Of a DNA stretch of 64,000 nucleotides, positions 32,449 to 41,529 are shown one piece after another. The position numbers were made by a program, and so were the translations under genes. How positions within the stretch are numbered: the stretch's first letter is position 1; every line of letters starts with the position of its first letter. A model generated the notes under the pieces. That model ran no database searches. It was not told where the DNA came from and worked only from the letters and a program-made list of their open reading frames with translations. The stretch comes from Deltaproteobacteria bacterium CSP1-8 (GTDB lineage Bacteria > Desulfobacterota > Deferrimicrobia > Deferrimicrobiales > Deferrimicrobiaceae). The stretch is from NCBI GenBank assembly GCA_001443455.1, contig LDXO01000003.1:1062-65061 (forward strand), read 5' to 3'.

Positions 32449-33161
32449 CCGCGGCCTGCTTCCCGGTCGAGGGTGTTCAGGTACAGCTGGACCAGCTTGT
32501 TGAGCGGGTCCCGGAAAAGGGCGTTCTCCCATGCCCCGCGGGCCTCGCTTCTTCTCCCCAACAGGTACAGGAGGATGCCGCGCTGGACGAGGGCTGAGAC
32601 CATCCCGGGACGGTCGGACAGGGCCCGGTCCAGCTCGGTGAGCCCCTCCTCGAGGCGTCCCGCCTCCTTCAGCGCGATGGCCAGCCGGACCCGAAGATCG
32701 GGGAACCCGGGCGCGACGAGGAGCGCCTTCCGGTATTCCGCGATCGCCTCTCCGTTTTTCCCGAGGGCAAGGTACAGCTCCCCCAGTTCGGCGTGCAGGT
32801 TGGCGATCTTCCCGGCGAACTGGTTTCCCCGCTCCATCTTCTCCTGTCGTGTCAGTGATACAGCGGCCTTCTGGTGGGCGGTTTTGGCCTCCTCGTACCT
32901 GCCCAGCTCGTTCAGCGTGATCGCCAGCGACATGAGGGCTTCCGTGTACTCGGGGTTCCGGGAAAGGCTGCTCTCGAACTCCCGCACGGCTTCCTCGAGC
33001 TTTCCCCAGAGGTGGTAGATGAGCCCGAGGGTATAGTGGATGTCGGGGTAGTTCGCCCCGCCCGCCATCGCTTCGCGAAGAAGCGTCTCCGCGCGTCGGA
33101 AATCCTTTTCCGCGTAAGCCCGTTTTCCCAGAGTGATGAGCATGGTCAGGTCGCTGTTCAT
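32445..33161 (-). CDS. Tetratricopeptide (TPR) repeat protein
   Basis: 238 aa of consecutive TPR-like units (YTLGLIYHLWGKLEEAVREFESSLSRNPEYTEA.., LGELYLALGKNGEAIAEYRKALLVAPGF..). The start overlaps the bamD stop. Confidence 0.75.
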   Translation of the reverse strand: MNSDLTMLITLGKRAYAEKDFRRAETLLREAMAGGANYPDIHYTLGLIYHLWGKLEEAVREFESSLSRNPEYTEALMSLAITLNELGRYEEAKTAHQKAAVSLTRQEKMERGNQFAGKIANLHAELGELYLALGKNGEAIAEYRKALLVAPGFPDLRVRLAIALKEAGRLEEGLTELDRALSDRPGMVSALVQRGILLYLLGRRSEARGAWENALFRDPLNKLVQLYLNTLDREAGRG

Positions 33162-33883
33162 CGCTTCTTGTCTCCCCTCCCGGGGAATTTCTCCCGGAGG
33201 CTTTTTCTGAGCTCGGCGGCCTCCTCCTTCTTCCCCTCCCGTTCCAGCGCCTCCGCCAGAAGAGACATCAGGGACGAGAGGGTGGCCGTGTCGGAATAGT
33301 CGGCCACCGCCCTTCTTCCCCTGGCCTCCGCGCTGTCGTACTTTCGGCGGGAGAGGTAGTGGGAGACCACCCTGGCTTCGTGCTCCGCGAGCCGGTTGCG
33401 AAGATCCCCCAGCCGTTTGGCGGCCGTTTCCGCGTAGGGTCCGGAGGGGTTCTTTTCCAGGAGAAGCTTGTAGGTGCGGATGGCCTCGAGGGTTTTCGTC
33501 TGGTCCCGGCCGGGTTTGCTTCCCTGGCGGAAGAGCAGTTCCCCTTTCCGGAAGAGAGCGTAGGGGACGTTGTCGCTGGCCGGGTACAGACGCAGGAAAT
33601 CGTCGAAGGCGACTTCCGCCTCCACGTTGTCCCCGTTTTCCATGCGGGCGTCCGCCAGGGCGAGCTGCGTCTTCGGGGCCAGGGGGGAGGTGGGGAACCG
33701 TTCGAGCAGGACCTGGAAATGCTCGATCGCGCTGCTGTAGCTTTTCTTCGCCAGCTTCTGCTGGCCGCGGGAGAACAGGTCCGAGTCCGTAAGTCCTGTC
33801 TGTTTGGAGAGTTTTCCGGAACAGGAGGGAATGAGGAAGGCCGCGGCCATCAGGATGGCGAGGAGGTGGCGCGTCCGCCGCAT
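33158..33883 (-). CDS. bamD: Outer membrane protein assembly factor BamD (lipoprotein)
   Basis: Lipobox signal peptide MRRTRHLLAILMAAAFLIPSC, then TPR-like YfiO repeats (LFSRGQQKLAKKSYSSAIEHFQVLLERFPTSPLAPKTQLALADA). Only the last 241 codons of track ORF 33158..34804 are credible. Confidence 0.8.
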   Translation of the reverse strand: MRRTRHLLAILMAAAFLIPSCSGKLSKQTGLTDSDLFSRGQQKLAKKSYSSAIEHFQVLLERFPTSPLAPKTQLALADARMENGDNVEAEVAFDDFLRLYPASDNVPYALFRKGELLFRQGSKPGRDQTKTLEAIRTYKLLLEKNPSGPYAETAAKRLGDLRNRLAEHEARVVSHYLSRRKYDSAEARGRRAVADYSDTATLSSLMSLLAEALEREGKKEEAAELRKSLREKFPGRGDKKR

Positions 33884-33976
33884 GGGAACGACGGTAGTAT
33901 AGCCATCCGGAAAAGTCAATGTTAGGCTGTTTCCTCCCGATGCGGTCGATCGGTACGGGTCCGGGAGGTGGGTTTC

Positions 33977-34735
33977 ATGAAAGGAAGGATCGCGGTGGTG
34001 ACGGGTGGGTCCCGGGGGATCGGGTTCGCGGTGGCGGTCCGGTTTCTCCGGGACGGGATGCACGTGGCGGTCCTGGACATCCGGGACGAGGCGGTGGAGC
34101 ACCTCACCGCGGTAGGGCACAAGACCGGCGTACGCGTTCTCCACATCCCGACCGACGTCTCCTCCTACCAGCAGGTCCGGGAGGCGGGAGCCAAGGTCCG
34201 GGAAGAGTTCGGAAGGCTGGACGTCTGGGTGAACAACGCGGGGTGGGACCGGATCATCCCGTTCCTCTCGACGGCCCCTTCGGATTGGGAAAGGGTGGTG
34301 GGGATCAACCTCATGGGCGTGGTGCACGGCACGCGCGTCGCCCTCGAGGGGATGCTCGCCGGGGACGCCGGGGGGGCCATCGTGAATGTGGCTTCGGATG
34401 CGGGGCGCGTCGGAAGCTCGGGCGAGGCGGTCTACTCCGCCGCCAAGGGGGGGGTGATCGCGTTCACCAAGGCAGTCGCACGCGAGGTCGCACGACACGA
34501 AATCCGGGTCAACTGCGTATGCCCGGGCCCGACGGACACGCCGCTTCTCGCGGAGAACTTCCGGGGGGAGGAGGGGGCGAAGATCATCGGGGCGATGAAG
34601 CGGGGAATCCCCTTCCGGCGCCTGGGAACGCCGGAGGAGATCGCGTCGGCGGTCCGGTTCCTCGCCTCGGACGAAGCCTCCTACATCACCGGGCAGGTCT
34701 TGAGCGTCAACGGCGGGCTGAACATGGTGGGGTAA
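33977..34735 (+). CDS. Short-chain dehydrogenase/reductase (FabG-like 3-oxoacyl-ACP reductase family)
   Basis: GRIAVVTGGSRGIG..NNAG..ASDAG..YSAAKGG..PGPTDTP..GQVLSVNGG. GGAGG lies 9 nt upstream of the ATG at 33977. Confidence 0.85.
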   Translation: MKGRIAVVTGGSRGIGFAVAVRFLRDGMHVAVLDIRDEAVEHLTAVGHKTGVRVLHIPTDVSSYQQVREAGAKVREEFGRLDVWVNNAGWDRIIPFLSTAPSDWERVVGINLMGVVHGTRVALEGMLAGDAGGAIVNVASDAGRVGSSGEAVYSAAKGGVIAFTKAVAREVARHEIRVNCVCPGPTDTPLLAENFRGEEGAKIIGAMKRGIPFRRLGTPEEIASAVRFLASDEASYITGQVLSVNGGLNMVG

Positions 34736-34867
34736 AGGGGCAGCACGTGTTTTACCTGAATAAATAGCGGTTGAAAACCGTATTGGATTGGGATAAATAT
34801 ACACGTCACGACCGTACGAGGCCGTGATACCCGCAAAAGCGCATCAACAAGAAAAGGAGGAGGCTCT

Positions 34868-36067
34868 ATGAGTGTAATGAAGAGGGCATTGTTGGTATGT
34901 CTCGCGATTGCCTTGGCGATGAGTCTGGGAGGCGCCGCCGCGATGGCCGACACGATCAAGGTCGGCATCGTGCTTCCGCTGACCGGCGAGCAGGCGAAGT
35001 TCGGCGAAATCGAGAAGCGGTCCTTCCTGATGGCCGCCGAGGAGATCAACGCGAAGGGCGGAGTCAAAGGGAATAAGCTCGAACTGCTCTTCGAGGACGA
35101 CACCGGGAAGCCCGATGTGGGCCGGTCCGCCACGGAGAAGCTGATCTCCCAGGAGAAGGTGCCCATCATCACCGGGGGGTACTCCAGTTCCGTCACCGCC
35201 GCCGCGACCGCCGTCGCCCAGCAGTTCAAGGTCCCGTTCCTGGTCACGACCGGCTCGGCGGACAAGATCACGGAAAGCGGCTACGACTACGTCTTCCGGA
35301 TCAACCCCCCCGCCAGCGAGTACCCGGCGGCGGTCGTCACCTTCCTCCAGGAGGTGGTCAAACCGAAGACGGCCGTCATCCTCTTCGAGAATTCCCTCTT
35401 CGGGCAGTCCAGCTCGAAGGAGTTCGAGGAGGATTGCGGGAAGCTCGGGATCAAGGTTCTTCTCAAAGAGGGGTACAACAAGGGGGCCATCGACTTCAAG
35501 CCGATGCTCACGAAGGTGAAGGCGACGAACCCCGACCTGGTCTACATGGTCTCCTACGTCATGGACGCGGCGCTCCTGATGCGTCAGGCCAAGGAACTGG
35601 ACTTCAATCCCAGGCTCTTCGTCGGCGGCGGGGCCGGATTTACGCTCCCCGAGTTCCATAAGAACGCGGGCGACGCGGCCGAATTCGTATACTCGGCGAC
35701 CCTGTGGGTGGAAACCGTCGTCTACCCGGGAGCCATGGACTATTTCAAGAAGTACCAGGCGAAGTACAAGGAAGACACCGAGTATCACGGCGCCGAGGCG
35801 TACGCCTCGTTGTACGTCGTTGCCGATGCCCTGAAGAGGGCGAAGAGCATCACGCCCAAGGACGTCCGCGATGCCCTGGCCGCGACCGACATGATGACCG
35901 CCTTCGGGCCCGTTAAGTTCGTCTCCTACGAAAAGAAGACCCAGCAGAACAAGCTCCCCACCTTCATGGTCCAGTGGCAGAAGGGGGAGCTGGAAACCGT
36001 CTGGCCCAAGGACGCGGCCAAGATGAAATACGTATTCCCCGTTCCCAAGTGGAAAGAGCGGAAGTAG
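34868..36067 (+). CDS. Branched-chain amino acid (LIV-type) ABC transporter substrate-binding protein
   Basis: Signal peptide, then DTIKVGIVLPLTGEQAKFGE..INAKGGVKGNKLELLFEDD..GGYSSSV, a type I periplasmic-binding-protein pattern. Confidence 0.9.
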   Translation: MSVMKRALLVCLAIALAMSLGGAAAMADTIKVGIVLPLTGEQAKFGEIEKRSFLMAAEEINAKGGVKGNKLELLFEDDTGKPDVGRSATEKLISQEKVPIITGGYSSSVTAAATAVAQQFKVPFLVTTGSADKITESGYDYVFRINPPASEYPAAVVTFLQEVVKPKTAVILFENSLFGQSSSKEFEEDCGKLGIKVLLKEGYNKGAIDFKPMLTKVKATNPDLVYMVSYVMDAALLMRQAKELDFNPRLFVGGGAGFTLPEFHKNAGDAAEFVYSATLWVETVVYPGAMDYFKKYQAKYKEDTEYHGAEAYASLYVVADALKRAKSITPKDVRDALAATDMMTAFGPVKFVSYEKKTQQNKLPTFMVQWQKGELETVWPKDAAKMKYVFPVPKWKERK

Positions 36068-36156
36068 TCCGACCGAAAGCGAAGCTTGAAACGATCTCGA
36101 GGTCGGGCGGCGGTGTGACCCCGCCCGGCCTCTCCACTGATCGGCCCTTCGGCCGA
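36067..36156 (+). promoter_or_regulatory. Intercistronic stem-loop cluster between the binding-protein and permease genes
   Basis: Three hairpins read from the sequence. GTCCGACC (36067-36074) pairs with GGTCGGGC (36101-36108) with one mismatch. GGGCGG (36105-36110) pairs with CCGCCC (36121-36126). TCGGCC-CTTC-GGCCGA lies at 36141-36156. No U-tract is present. It may act as an mRNA stabiliser or partial terminator setting SBP:permease stoichiometry. Confidence 0.35.
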
Positions 36157-36169
36157 CCCGGGAGTTTCC

Positions 36170-37042
36170 ATGGACGTTTTCCTCCAGACCTTCGTTGCCG
36201 GCGTACTCAAGGGCGGACTGTATGCCCTGATCGGGATCGGCATGACGCTCATCATGGGCGTCATGGGGATCATCAACCTGGCCCACGGGCAGCTGATGAT
36301 GGTGGCGATGTACATCACGTACGTCCTTCACCTCGCAGGGGTCGACCCGTACCTCTCGTTGTTCGTCGCCATGCCGGCGCTATTTCTCCTCGGGGCGGTG
36401 ATCCAGAGGTTCCTCCTGAATCCCCTCCTGAAGGCGGACACGATCCTTCCCGAAAACCAGGTCCTCATGACGGTGGGGATCGGGATGGTCCTGACCGAAG
36501 TCGTCCGGTTCATCTTCAAGTCGGACTACAAGTCGGTGACCACCGGGTACTCCAACGCTACGTTTTTCCTGGGGAACATCTCCTTCAGCATGGCGCTGGT
36601 GATCTCCTTTCTCATCGCGATCGGCTTTACCGTCGCCATGTTCTTCTTTCTCATCAGGACGGACATCGGACGCTCGATCCGGGCGACCGCCCAGGACAAG
36701 GACGCCGCGGTCCTGATGGGGGTCAACACCGGGCGCATCACGATCATCACCTTCGGCATCGGCTCGGGTTTGGTCGCGGCCGCGGGGAGCCTCCTGGCCC
36801 CCGTCTTCTACGTATTTCCCGACATCGGGGGGCCGTTCACGGCGCGGGCCTTCATTATCACCATCCTCGGCGGCCTGGGGTCGACGGTGGGCGCCATCTT
36901 CGGGGGGGTCACCCTGGGTCTTGCCGAGAGCTTCGGGGCCACCTACATCAGCATGGAGTTCGAGAACATCATCGGCATGACCATCTTCGTGCTGGTCCTG
37001 CTCTTCCTGCCGGGCGGGTTCAAGCGCCTGACCAAAATCTAG
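36170..37042 (+). CDS. livH: LIV-type ABC transporter permease (LivH-like)
   Basis: 290 aa, multi-TM. FVAGVLKGGLYALIGIGMTLIMGVMGIINLAHG is the LivH N-terminal signature. Confidence 0.9.
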   Translation: MDVFLQTFVAGVLKGGLYALIGIGMTLIMGVMGIINLAHGQLMMVAMYITYVLHLAGVDPYLSLFVAMPALFLLGAVIQRFLLNPLLKADTILPENQVLMTVGIGMVLTEVVRFIFKSDYKSVTTGYSNATFFLGNISFSMALVISFLIAIGFTVAMFFFLIRTDIGRSIRATAQDKDAAVLMGVNTGRITIITFGIGSGLVAAAGSLLAPVFYVFPDIGGPFTARAFIITILGGLGSTVGAIFGGVTLGLAESFGATYISMEFENIIGMTIFVLVLLFLPGGFKRLTKI

Positions 37043-37055
37043 GGGGATCCGGCGA

Positions 37056-38060
37056 ATGAAAAAGAACCTGGTTCCCTTGATCGTGCTGGCGGTCCTGGCG
37101 TTCTTCCCCCTGGCGGTGAAGGACAACTACTACATGCACCTCATGATCCTGTTCCTCATGTGGGTGGTCATCGGTTCGGCCTGGAACCTCATCGCGGGCT
37201 ACACGGGCCAGGTCTCCTTCGGGGACGCCGCCTTTTTCGGAAGCGGCGCATACGCCGCGGGCCTCCTTTCCGTCCATCTCCACATCTCCGCCTGGTGGGG
37301 ACTCGCCCTCGGGGGGTTCGCAGCCGTTGCCGTCGGCCTGCCGTTCGGCTGGATCTGTTTCCGGATGCGGGGGGCCTACTTCGCCCTGGCCACCCTGGCG
37401 CTCAACGAGGTCATGCGGCACAGCGCGGCGATCGCGGAAGGGTTCACCGGGGGGATGGTCGGCATCCTGATCATGCCCTCCTTCGTGTCGAAGGTCCCCT
37501 ACTATTACGTCGCCCTGGGGATGGCGGTCGCCGCCGTGATCAGCATCCAGTGGATCGTCCACGCCAAGCCCGGGTACTACTTCGTCTCCATCCGGGAGGA
37601 CCAGGACGCCGCGGAAAGTCTCGGGATCAATACCCATTACTACAAGATGCTCTCGCTGGCCATCGCGGCGTTCTGGACGGGGGTGGCGGGCTCCCTCTAC
37701 ATGAACTACATGGGCTTCATCGATCCCGACGTGGTGTTTTCCCTCCACGACATCTCCATCATGGCGATCCTCGTGGGGATCGTCGGGGGGGTGGGGACGG
37801 TCTACGGCCCGATGGTGGGGGCATTCGTCATGGTGACGGTCCAGGAACTGTTCCGTTCCGGATTCTTCGGCCTTTTCAAGTATCTGGGAAATGTTACCGG
37901 ATCCGGCACCATTGTTTCCATCGCGGAGACGATCACCGGCGCGCACATTCTCGGGTTCGGAATCCTGGTGGTCGTGGTGATCCTCGTGCTGCCCAACGGG
38001 ATCGTGGGAGACTGGCCGAAAATCCGGAATGCCGTCTTCCGGACCAAACCCGCCACCTGA
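37056..38060 (+). CDS. livM: LIV-type ABC transporter permease (LivM-like)
   Basis: 334 aa, multi-TM. WNLIAGYTGQVSFGDAAFFGSGAY and SIREDQDAAESLGIN are LivM signatures. Confidence 0.9.
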   Translation: MKKNLVPLIVLAVLAFFPLAVKDNYYMHLMILFLMWVVIGSAWNLIAGYTGQVSFGDAAFFGSGAYAAGLLSVHLHISAWWGLALGGFAAVAVGLPFGWICFRMRGAYFALATLALNEVMRHSAAIAEGFTGGMVGILIMPSFVSKVPYYYVALGMAVAAVISIQWIVHAKPGYYFVSIREDQDAAESLGINTHYYKMLSLAIAAFWTGVAGSLYMNYMGFIDPDVVFSLHDISIMAILVGIVGGVGTVYGPMVGAFVMVTVQELFRSGFFGLFKYLGNVTGSGTIVSIAETITGAHILGFGILVVVVILVLPNGIVGDWPKIRNAVFRTKPAT

Positions 38061-38076
38061 GCGTAAGGAGAGGCGC

Positions 38077-38796
38077 GTGGCATACTTCCAGGTCGAAAAA
38101 CTCGTCAAGTATTTCGGGGGGCTTGCGGCCGTCAACGGGGTCTCCTTCCAGGTGGAGAAGGGGGAGATCCTGGGCCTCATCGGCCCCAACGGGTCCGGCA
38201 AGACGACCACGTTCAACATGATCAGCGCATACCACCGCCCCACCTCCGGCCGGGTCATCTTCAAGGGACAGGAGATCCACCGGCTGCCGACGCACAAGAT
38301 CTGCCGACTGGGAATCGGAAGGACGTTTCAGGTGGTGAAGCCCCTCGGGAGAATGAGCGTGCTCGACAACGTCATCGCGGCGGCGTACTCGAGGGTCAAC
38401 TCCCGCAGGGAAGCGCGCGATCTCGCCCTCGAGACGGTCCAGTTCTGCGGCATGACCCCGGTCAAGGACGTGCTGGCCAAGTCCCTCCCCATCGCGGGAC
38501 GAAAGCGGCTCGAGATCGCGCGGGCGATGGCGACAAGGCCGGAGCTTCTCCTGCTCGACGAGACGGCGGCGGGGCTCAATCCCACGGAGCTGCTGGCGGC
38601 GATCGACCTCATCAAGAAGATCCGGGAGAACGGCACGACCATCATCATCATCGAGCACATCATGCACGTCATCATGACCATCTCCGACCGGATACACGCC
38701 ATCAATTTCGGGCAGACGATCGCGGAAGGGACGCCCAAGGAAGTGGCGGCGAACAAGGAAGTGATCGAAGCCTACCTGGGGACCGACTATGCTTAA
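38077..38796 (+). CDS. livG: LIV-type ABC transporter ATP-binding protein (LivG-like)
   Basis: GTG start after AAGGAG. GLIGPNGSGKTT (Walker A), the signature region, LLLDETAAGLN (Walker B), and IIIEHIMH. Confidence 0.9.
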   Translation: MAYFQVEKLVKYFGGLAAVNGVSFQVEKGEILGLIGPNGSGKTTTFNMISAYHRPTSGRVIFKGQEIHRLPTHKICRLGIGRTFQVVKPLGRMSVLDNVIAAAYSRVNSRREARDLALETVQFCGMTPVKDVLAKSLPIAGRKRLEIARAMATRPELLLLDETAAGLNPTELLAAIDLIKKIRENGTTIIIIEHIMHVIMTISDRIHAINFGQTIAEGTPKEVAANKEVIEAYLGTDYA

Positions 38797-39493
38797 GGTG
38801 GAGAACATCAACGTGTTCTATGGCGACCTCCAGGTCCTCTGGGGCGTCTCGTTCGAGGTCCGCGAAGGGGAGATCCTCGTTCTCGTCGGCGCGAACGGCG
38901 CCGGGAAGTCCACGACGCTCAAGACGATCTCCGGCATCCTGAAACCGAAAATCGGCAGCATCCATTTCAAGGGAGCCCGCCTCGACGAGTTGCCCGCGGA
39001 CCAGGTGATCTCCCACGGGGTGGTCCACGTCCCGGAGGCCAGGCGCCTTTTCCGGGAGATGACCGTCGAGGAGAACCTCGTCATGGGGTCCCTTGCCCCC
39101 GAGGCGAAGAAAAAGCGGGCGGAGACCCTGGCGTGGGTCTACGAGCTCTTCCCGAGGATGAAGGAGCGCCGCAAGCAGATGGCGGGGACGATGAGCGGCG
39201 GGGAGCAGCAGATGGCGGCGATCGGGCGGGGGCTCATGGCCCTTCCGAAACTGCTCATGTTCGACGAGCCATCGCTTGGCCTTGCCCCGATCCTCGTGCA
39301 GGAGGTATTCGACATCGCCAAGCGGATCAACAAGGAAGGGGTGACCGTTCTCCTCGTGGAGCAGAACGTCCGCCAGACTCTCGCCCTGTGCCACCGGGCC
39401 TACGTGCTCGAGAACGGCCGGGTTGTACTCTCCGGGACGGGGAAGGAATTGCTGAACGACGATCACGTCAAGGAAGCGTACCTGGGGATCTAG
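38789..39493 (+). CDS. livF: LIV-type ABC transporter ATP-binding protein (LivF-like)
   Basis: LVGANGAGKSTT, MSGGEQQMAAIGRGL, LLMFDEPSLGLAP, LLVEQN. Overlaps livG by 8 nt. Confidence 0.9.
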   Translation: MLKVENINVFYGDLQVLWGVSFEVREGEILVLVGANGAGKSTTLKTISGILKPKIGSIHFKGARLDELPADQVISHGVVHVPEARRLFREMTVEENLVMGSLAPEAKKKRAETLAWVYELFPRMKERRKQMAGTMSGGEQQMAAIGRGLMALPKLLMFDEPSLGLAPILVQEVFDIAKRINKEGVTVLLVEQNVRQTLALCHRAYVLENGRVVLSGTGKELLNDDHVKEAYLGI

Positions 39494-41049
39494 GCGAAGC
39501 AGATGCAGTAGCCGTTGTCGATGCCCAGCACCGACGCGTCCCTCGTCTTCCGGACCCCCGCGCAGGCGATCCGCGTCCTCGCCATCGAGGAGTAGATCTT
39601 CGGTTGCAGCGCCTCCCGGAACGGGTCTCCCTCCGGATTGTCCTTCGTCGCCACGTGCAGGATCGCCTTCTCGGTGAGGGACTCGTAGGCGGCGTAGAAG
39701 GGGTGCTCCGTCGCGATGTCCCCTTCCGGGTCGTGCATGTGGTACCAGCAGCCCCCTCCGTGGAAGTTGCGCAGGTCGGTCACCTTTCCCCCGTCGCAGG
39801 GCAGGACGGTGAACGACCGGATTCTCTGGACCGCCGCGCTCTCCCTCCATAGCCTCCCGATCTCTCCCGGGACATAGTCCCCCTTCCCGTCGAGGAGATA
39901 CCCGATGTTGTAGGACGTGTCGTGCATCGTGGTGGCGCACGGGTGGAGCATCCCGTCGGCGTTGATCCCGAGGATGGTGTACCCGGCGCCGCACATGTCC
40001 TTCCGGGGGCCGTTGGAGGCGATCGCCTCGAAGATCTTGTCGTTCGTGATTTTCAGCTTCGTCCTCGCTCCTTCCTTCTTCGCCTGCCGGACGGCCTCCT
40101 TGCACCGTATGACGACGTCGATGAGATCGGAGGCGGCGAGCTTCGCCGTGTCCCCCTGCCGGGCGTTGCCGGCGTGGACGACGTAGATGATGTGATGGTA
40201 GTCGACGCAGTGCCGTCCCTCGGACGTGCCGGAGAGGAGCCGGGTCAGCTCGGGGATGCGGCGGGCGGTCTCGGGGGTCGGGGTGGAGCTCACGCCGACC
40301 CGGACCCCTTCCCGCAGCAGGTTGCGGATCCCTTCCATCGCCTTCGCGAAGGTCCCCCTCCCGCGCAGCGACGAGTTGGACTCCTCGTCCGGACCCTCGA
40401 GGCTTACCTGGACCACCAGCCGGTCCCGGAAGCGGGAGAGCAGCCTGGCACGGTCGGGCGTGATGAGGGTTCCGTTGGTGAAGAGGATCGCCCGGGAACG
40501 TCGAGTCGCCCCCTCGATCAGGTCGGGGAGGTCCCCCCGGAGCAGCGGCTCACCGCCGGTCAGGTAGAACACCTCCGTGCCGAGCTGCCGGCATTCGTCC
40601 ATCATCGCAAGCAGCGCATGCTTCCCCACGCGCCTCCGGTCGTTTTCCACCCTCTCGTAGGTGTAGCAGTGGCGGCACGCCATGTTGCACTCGAAGTTGG
40701 TGACGACCCAGACTTCGTGGAGCTTTTCGGGAGAGAGGACCCCTGCCCGGGCGACCTGTTCCCCGGTGATCGGCTCGGTCGAGAGGAACTCCTTCCTTGC
40801 GAGGTCCGCAGTGAACTTGCGCAGCAGGTTCTCGGCCTCCTCGGGGGAGAGGATCCCGGCGGCGACGCATCCGGAAGCGGCCTCCGCGACGGTTTTCCCC
40901 GGGAGCGTGCGAAGGATTTCCAGCCCGCTCCGGTTCAGGCAGACCCAGTTCGCACGGTCCCGGTCGATCGCGACGAAGACGCCGTCCTTCTCCCGGACGA
41001 TGAATTCGGGCGTGTGGAAACGGCCTGCGGGGGTTATCGGGAACGCCAT
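39490..41049 (-). CDS. Radical SAM enzyme with a fused N-terminal PqqD-like (RRE-type) domain and a C-terminal SPASM/twitch-like Cys region
   Basis: 519 aa. The N-terminus VAIDRDRANWVCLNRSGLEILRTLPGKTVAEAA..LLRKFTADLARKEFL is PqqD-like. The radical SAM motif is NFECNMACRHCY, with YLTGGEPLL. The C-terminal region reads DMCGAGYTILGINADGMLHPC..HGGGCWYHMH. Confidence 0.8.
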   Translation of the reverse strand: MAFPITPAGRFHTPEFIVREKDGVFVAIDRDRANWVCLNRSGLEILRTLPGKTVAEAASGCVAAGILSPEEAENLLRKFTADLARKEFLSTEPITGEQVARAGVLSPEKLHEVWVVTNFECNMACRHCYTYERVENDRRRVGKHALLAMMDECRQLGTEVFYLTGGEPLLRGDLPDLIEGATRRSRAILFTNGTLITPDRARLLSRFRDRLVVQVSLEGPDEESNSSLRGRGTFAKAMEGIRNLLREGVRVGVSSTPTPETARRIPELTRLLSGTSEGRHCVDYHHIIYVVHAGNARQGDTAKLAASDLIDVVIRCKEAVRQAKKEGARTKLKITNDKIFEAIASNGPRKDMCGAGYTILGINADGMLHPCATTMHDTSYNIGYLLDGKGDYVPGEIGRLWRESAAVQRIRSFTVLPCDGGKVTDLRNFHGGGCWYHMHDPEGDIATEHPFYAAYESLTEKAILHVATKDNPEGDPFREALQPKIYSSMARTRIACAGVRKTRDASVLGIDNGYCICFA

Positions 41050-41059
41050 CCGGCGCCCC

Positions 41060-41389
41060 TCACCCCTCCTCGAGCGTTTGCAGGGCCTGCACGGCGTGGA
41101 CCAGGGACGCTCCTCCCCGGATGACGGCCGCGACGTGGATCGCCTCGGCCAACTCTTCCCGGGTGGCCCCCGCGGACGAGGCTCCCTTGGCGTGGACGTC
41201 GATGCAGTACGGGCACTGGATCGCGTGCGCGACCGCGACGGCGATCAGTTCCTTGGTCTTCTTTCCGAGCGCACCTTCCGCGAACGCGGCGGCTACCCAT
41301 GCGTTGTACGCCTCGAAGGCCTCCGGCGCGTACTCCTTGAAATCGGGATAGGAGTTGAGATCCGTGCTGGTGTAAAGGGGACGGGACAT
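41060..41389 (-). CDS. Carboxymuconolactone decarboxylase / AhpD-like family protein (CxxC)
   Basis: 109 aa. KTKELIAVAVAHAIQCPYCIDVHAKGASSAGATREELAEAIHVAA is the AhpD core motif with CPYC. It lies 10 nt upstream of the radical SAM gene. Confidence 0.85.
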   Translation of the reverse strand: MSRPLYTSTDLNSYPDFKEYAPEAFEAYNAWVAAAFAEGALGKKTKELIAVAVAHAIQCPYCIDVHAKGASSAGATREELAEAIHVAAVIRGGASLVHAVQALQTLEEG

Positions 41390-41466
41390 TTCGATCAGCG
41401 CCTCCGGAGGGGGAAAAAATTGTTACTATTTTATCATAGTGCGTGAGGGCGGCCCAAAGGCCCTCC

Positions 41467-41496
41467 TTGACAACTCTCCCGGCACGCAAATAAGGT
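41467..41496 (+). promoter_or_regulatory. Candidate sigma70-type promoter for pepA
   Basis: TTGACA (41467-41472), an 18-nt spacer, then TAAGGT (41491-41496), about 34 nt upstream of the ATG at 41530. Pattern match only. Confidence 0.3.
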
Positions 41497-41529
41497 TCAG
41501 TGTCAGGGACGGGAGACGGGAAGGAAGAC

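Noticed and set aside
33884-34804. Upstream 300 codons of the 548-aa minus-strand ORF containing BamD
   Set aside because: This part is antisense to the well-supported SDR gene (33977-34735) and is His/Arg/Pro-rich. BamD has its own lipoprotein signal peptide starting at 33883.
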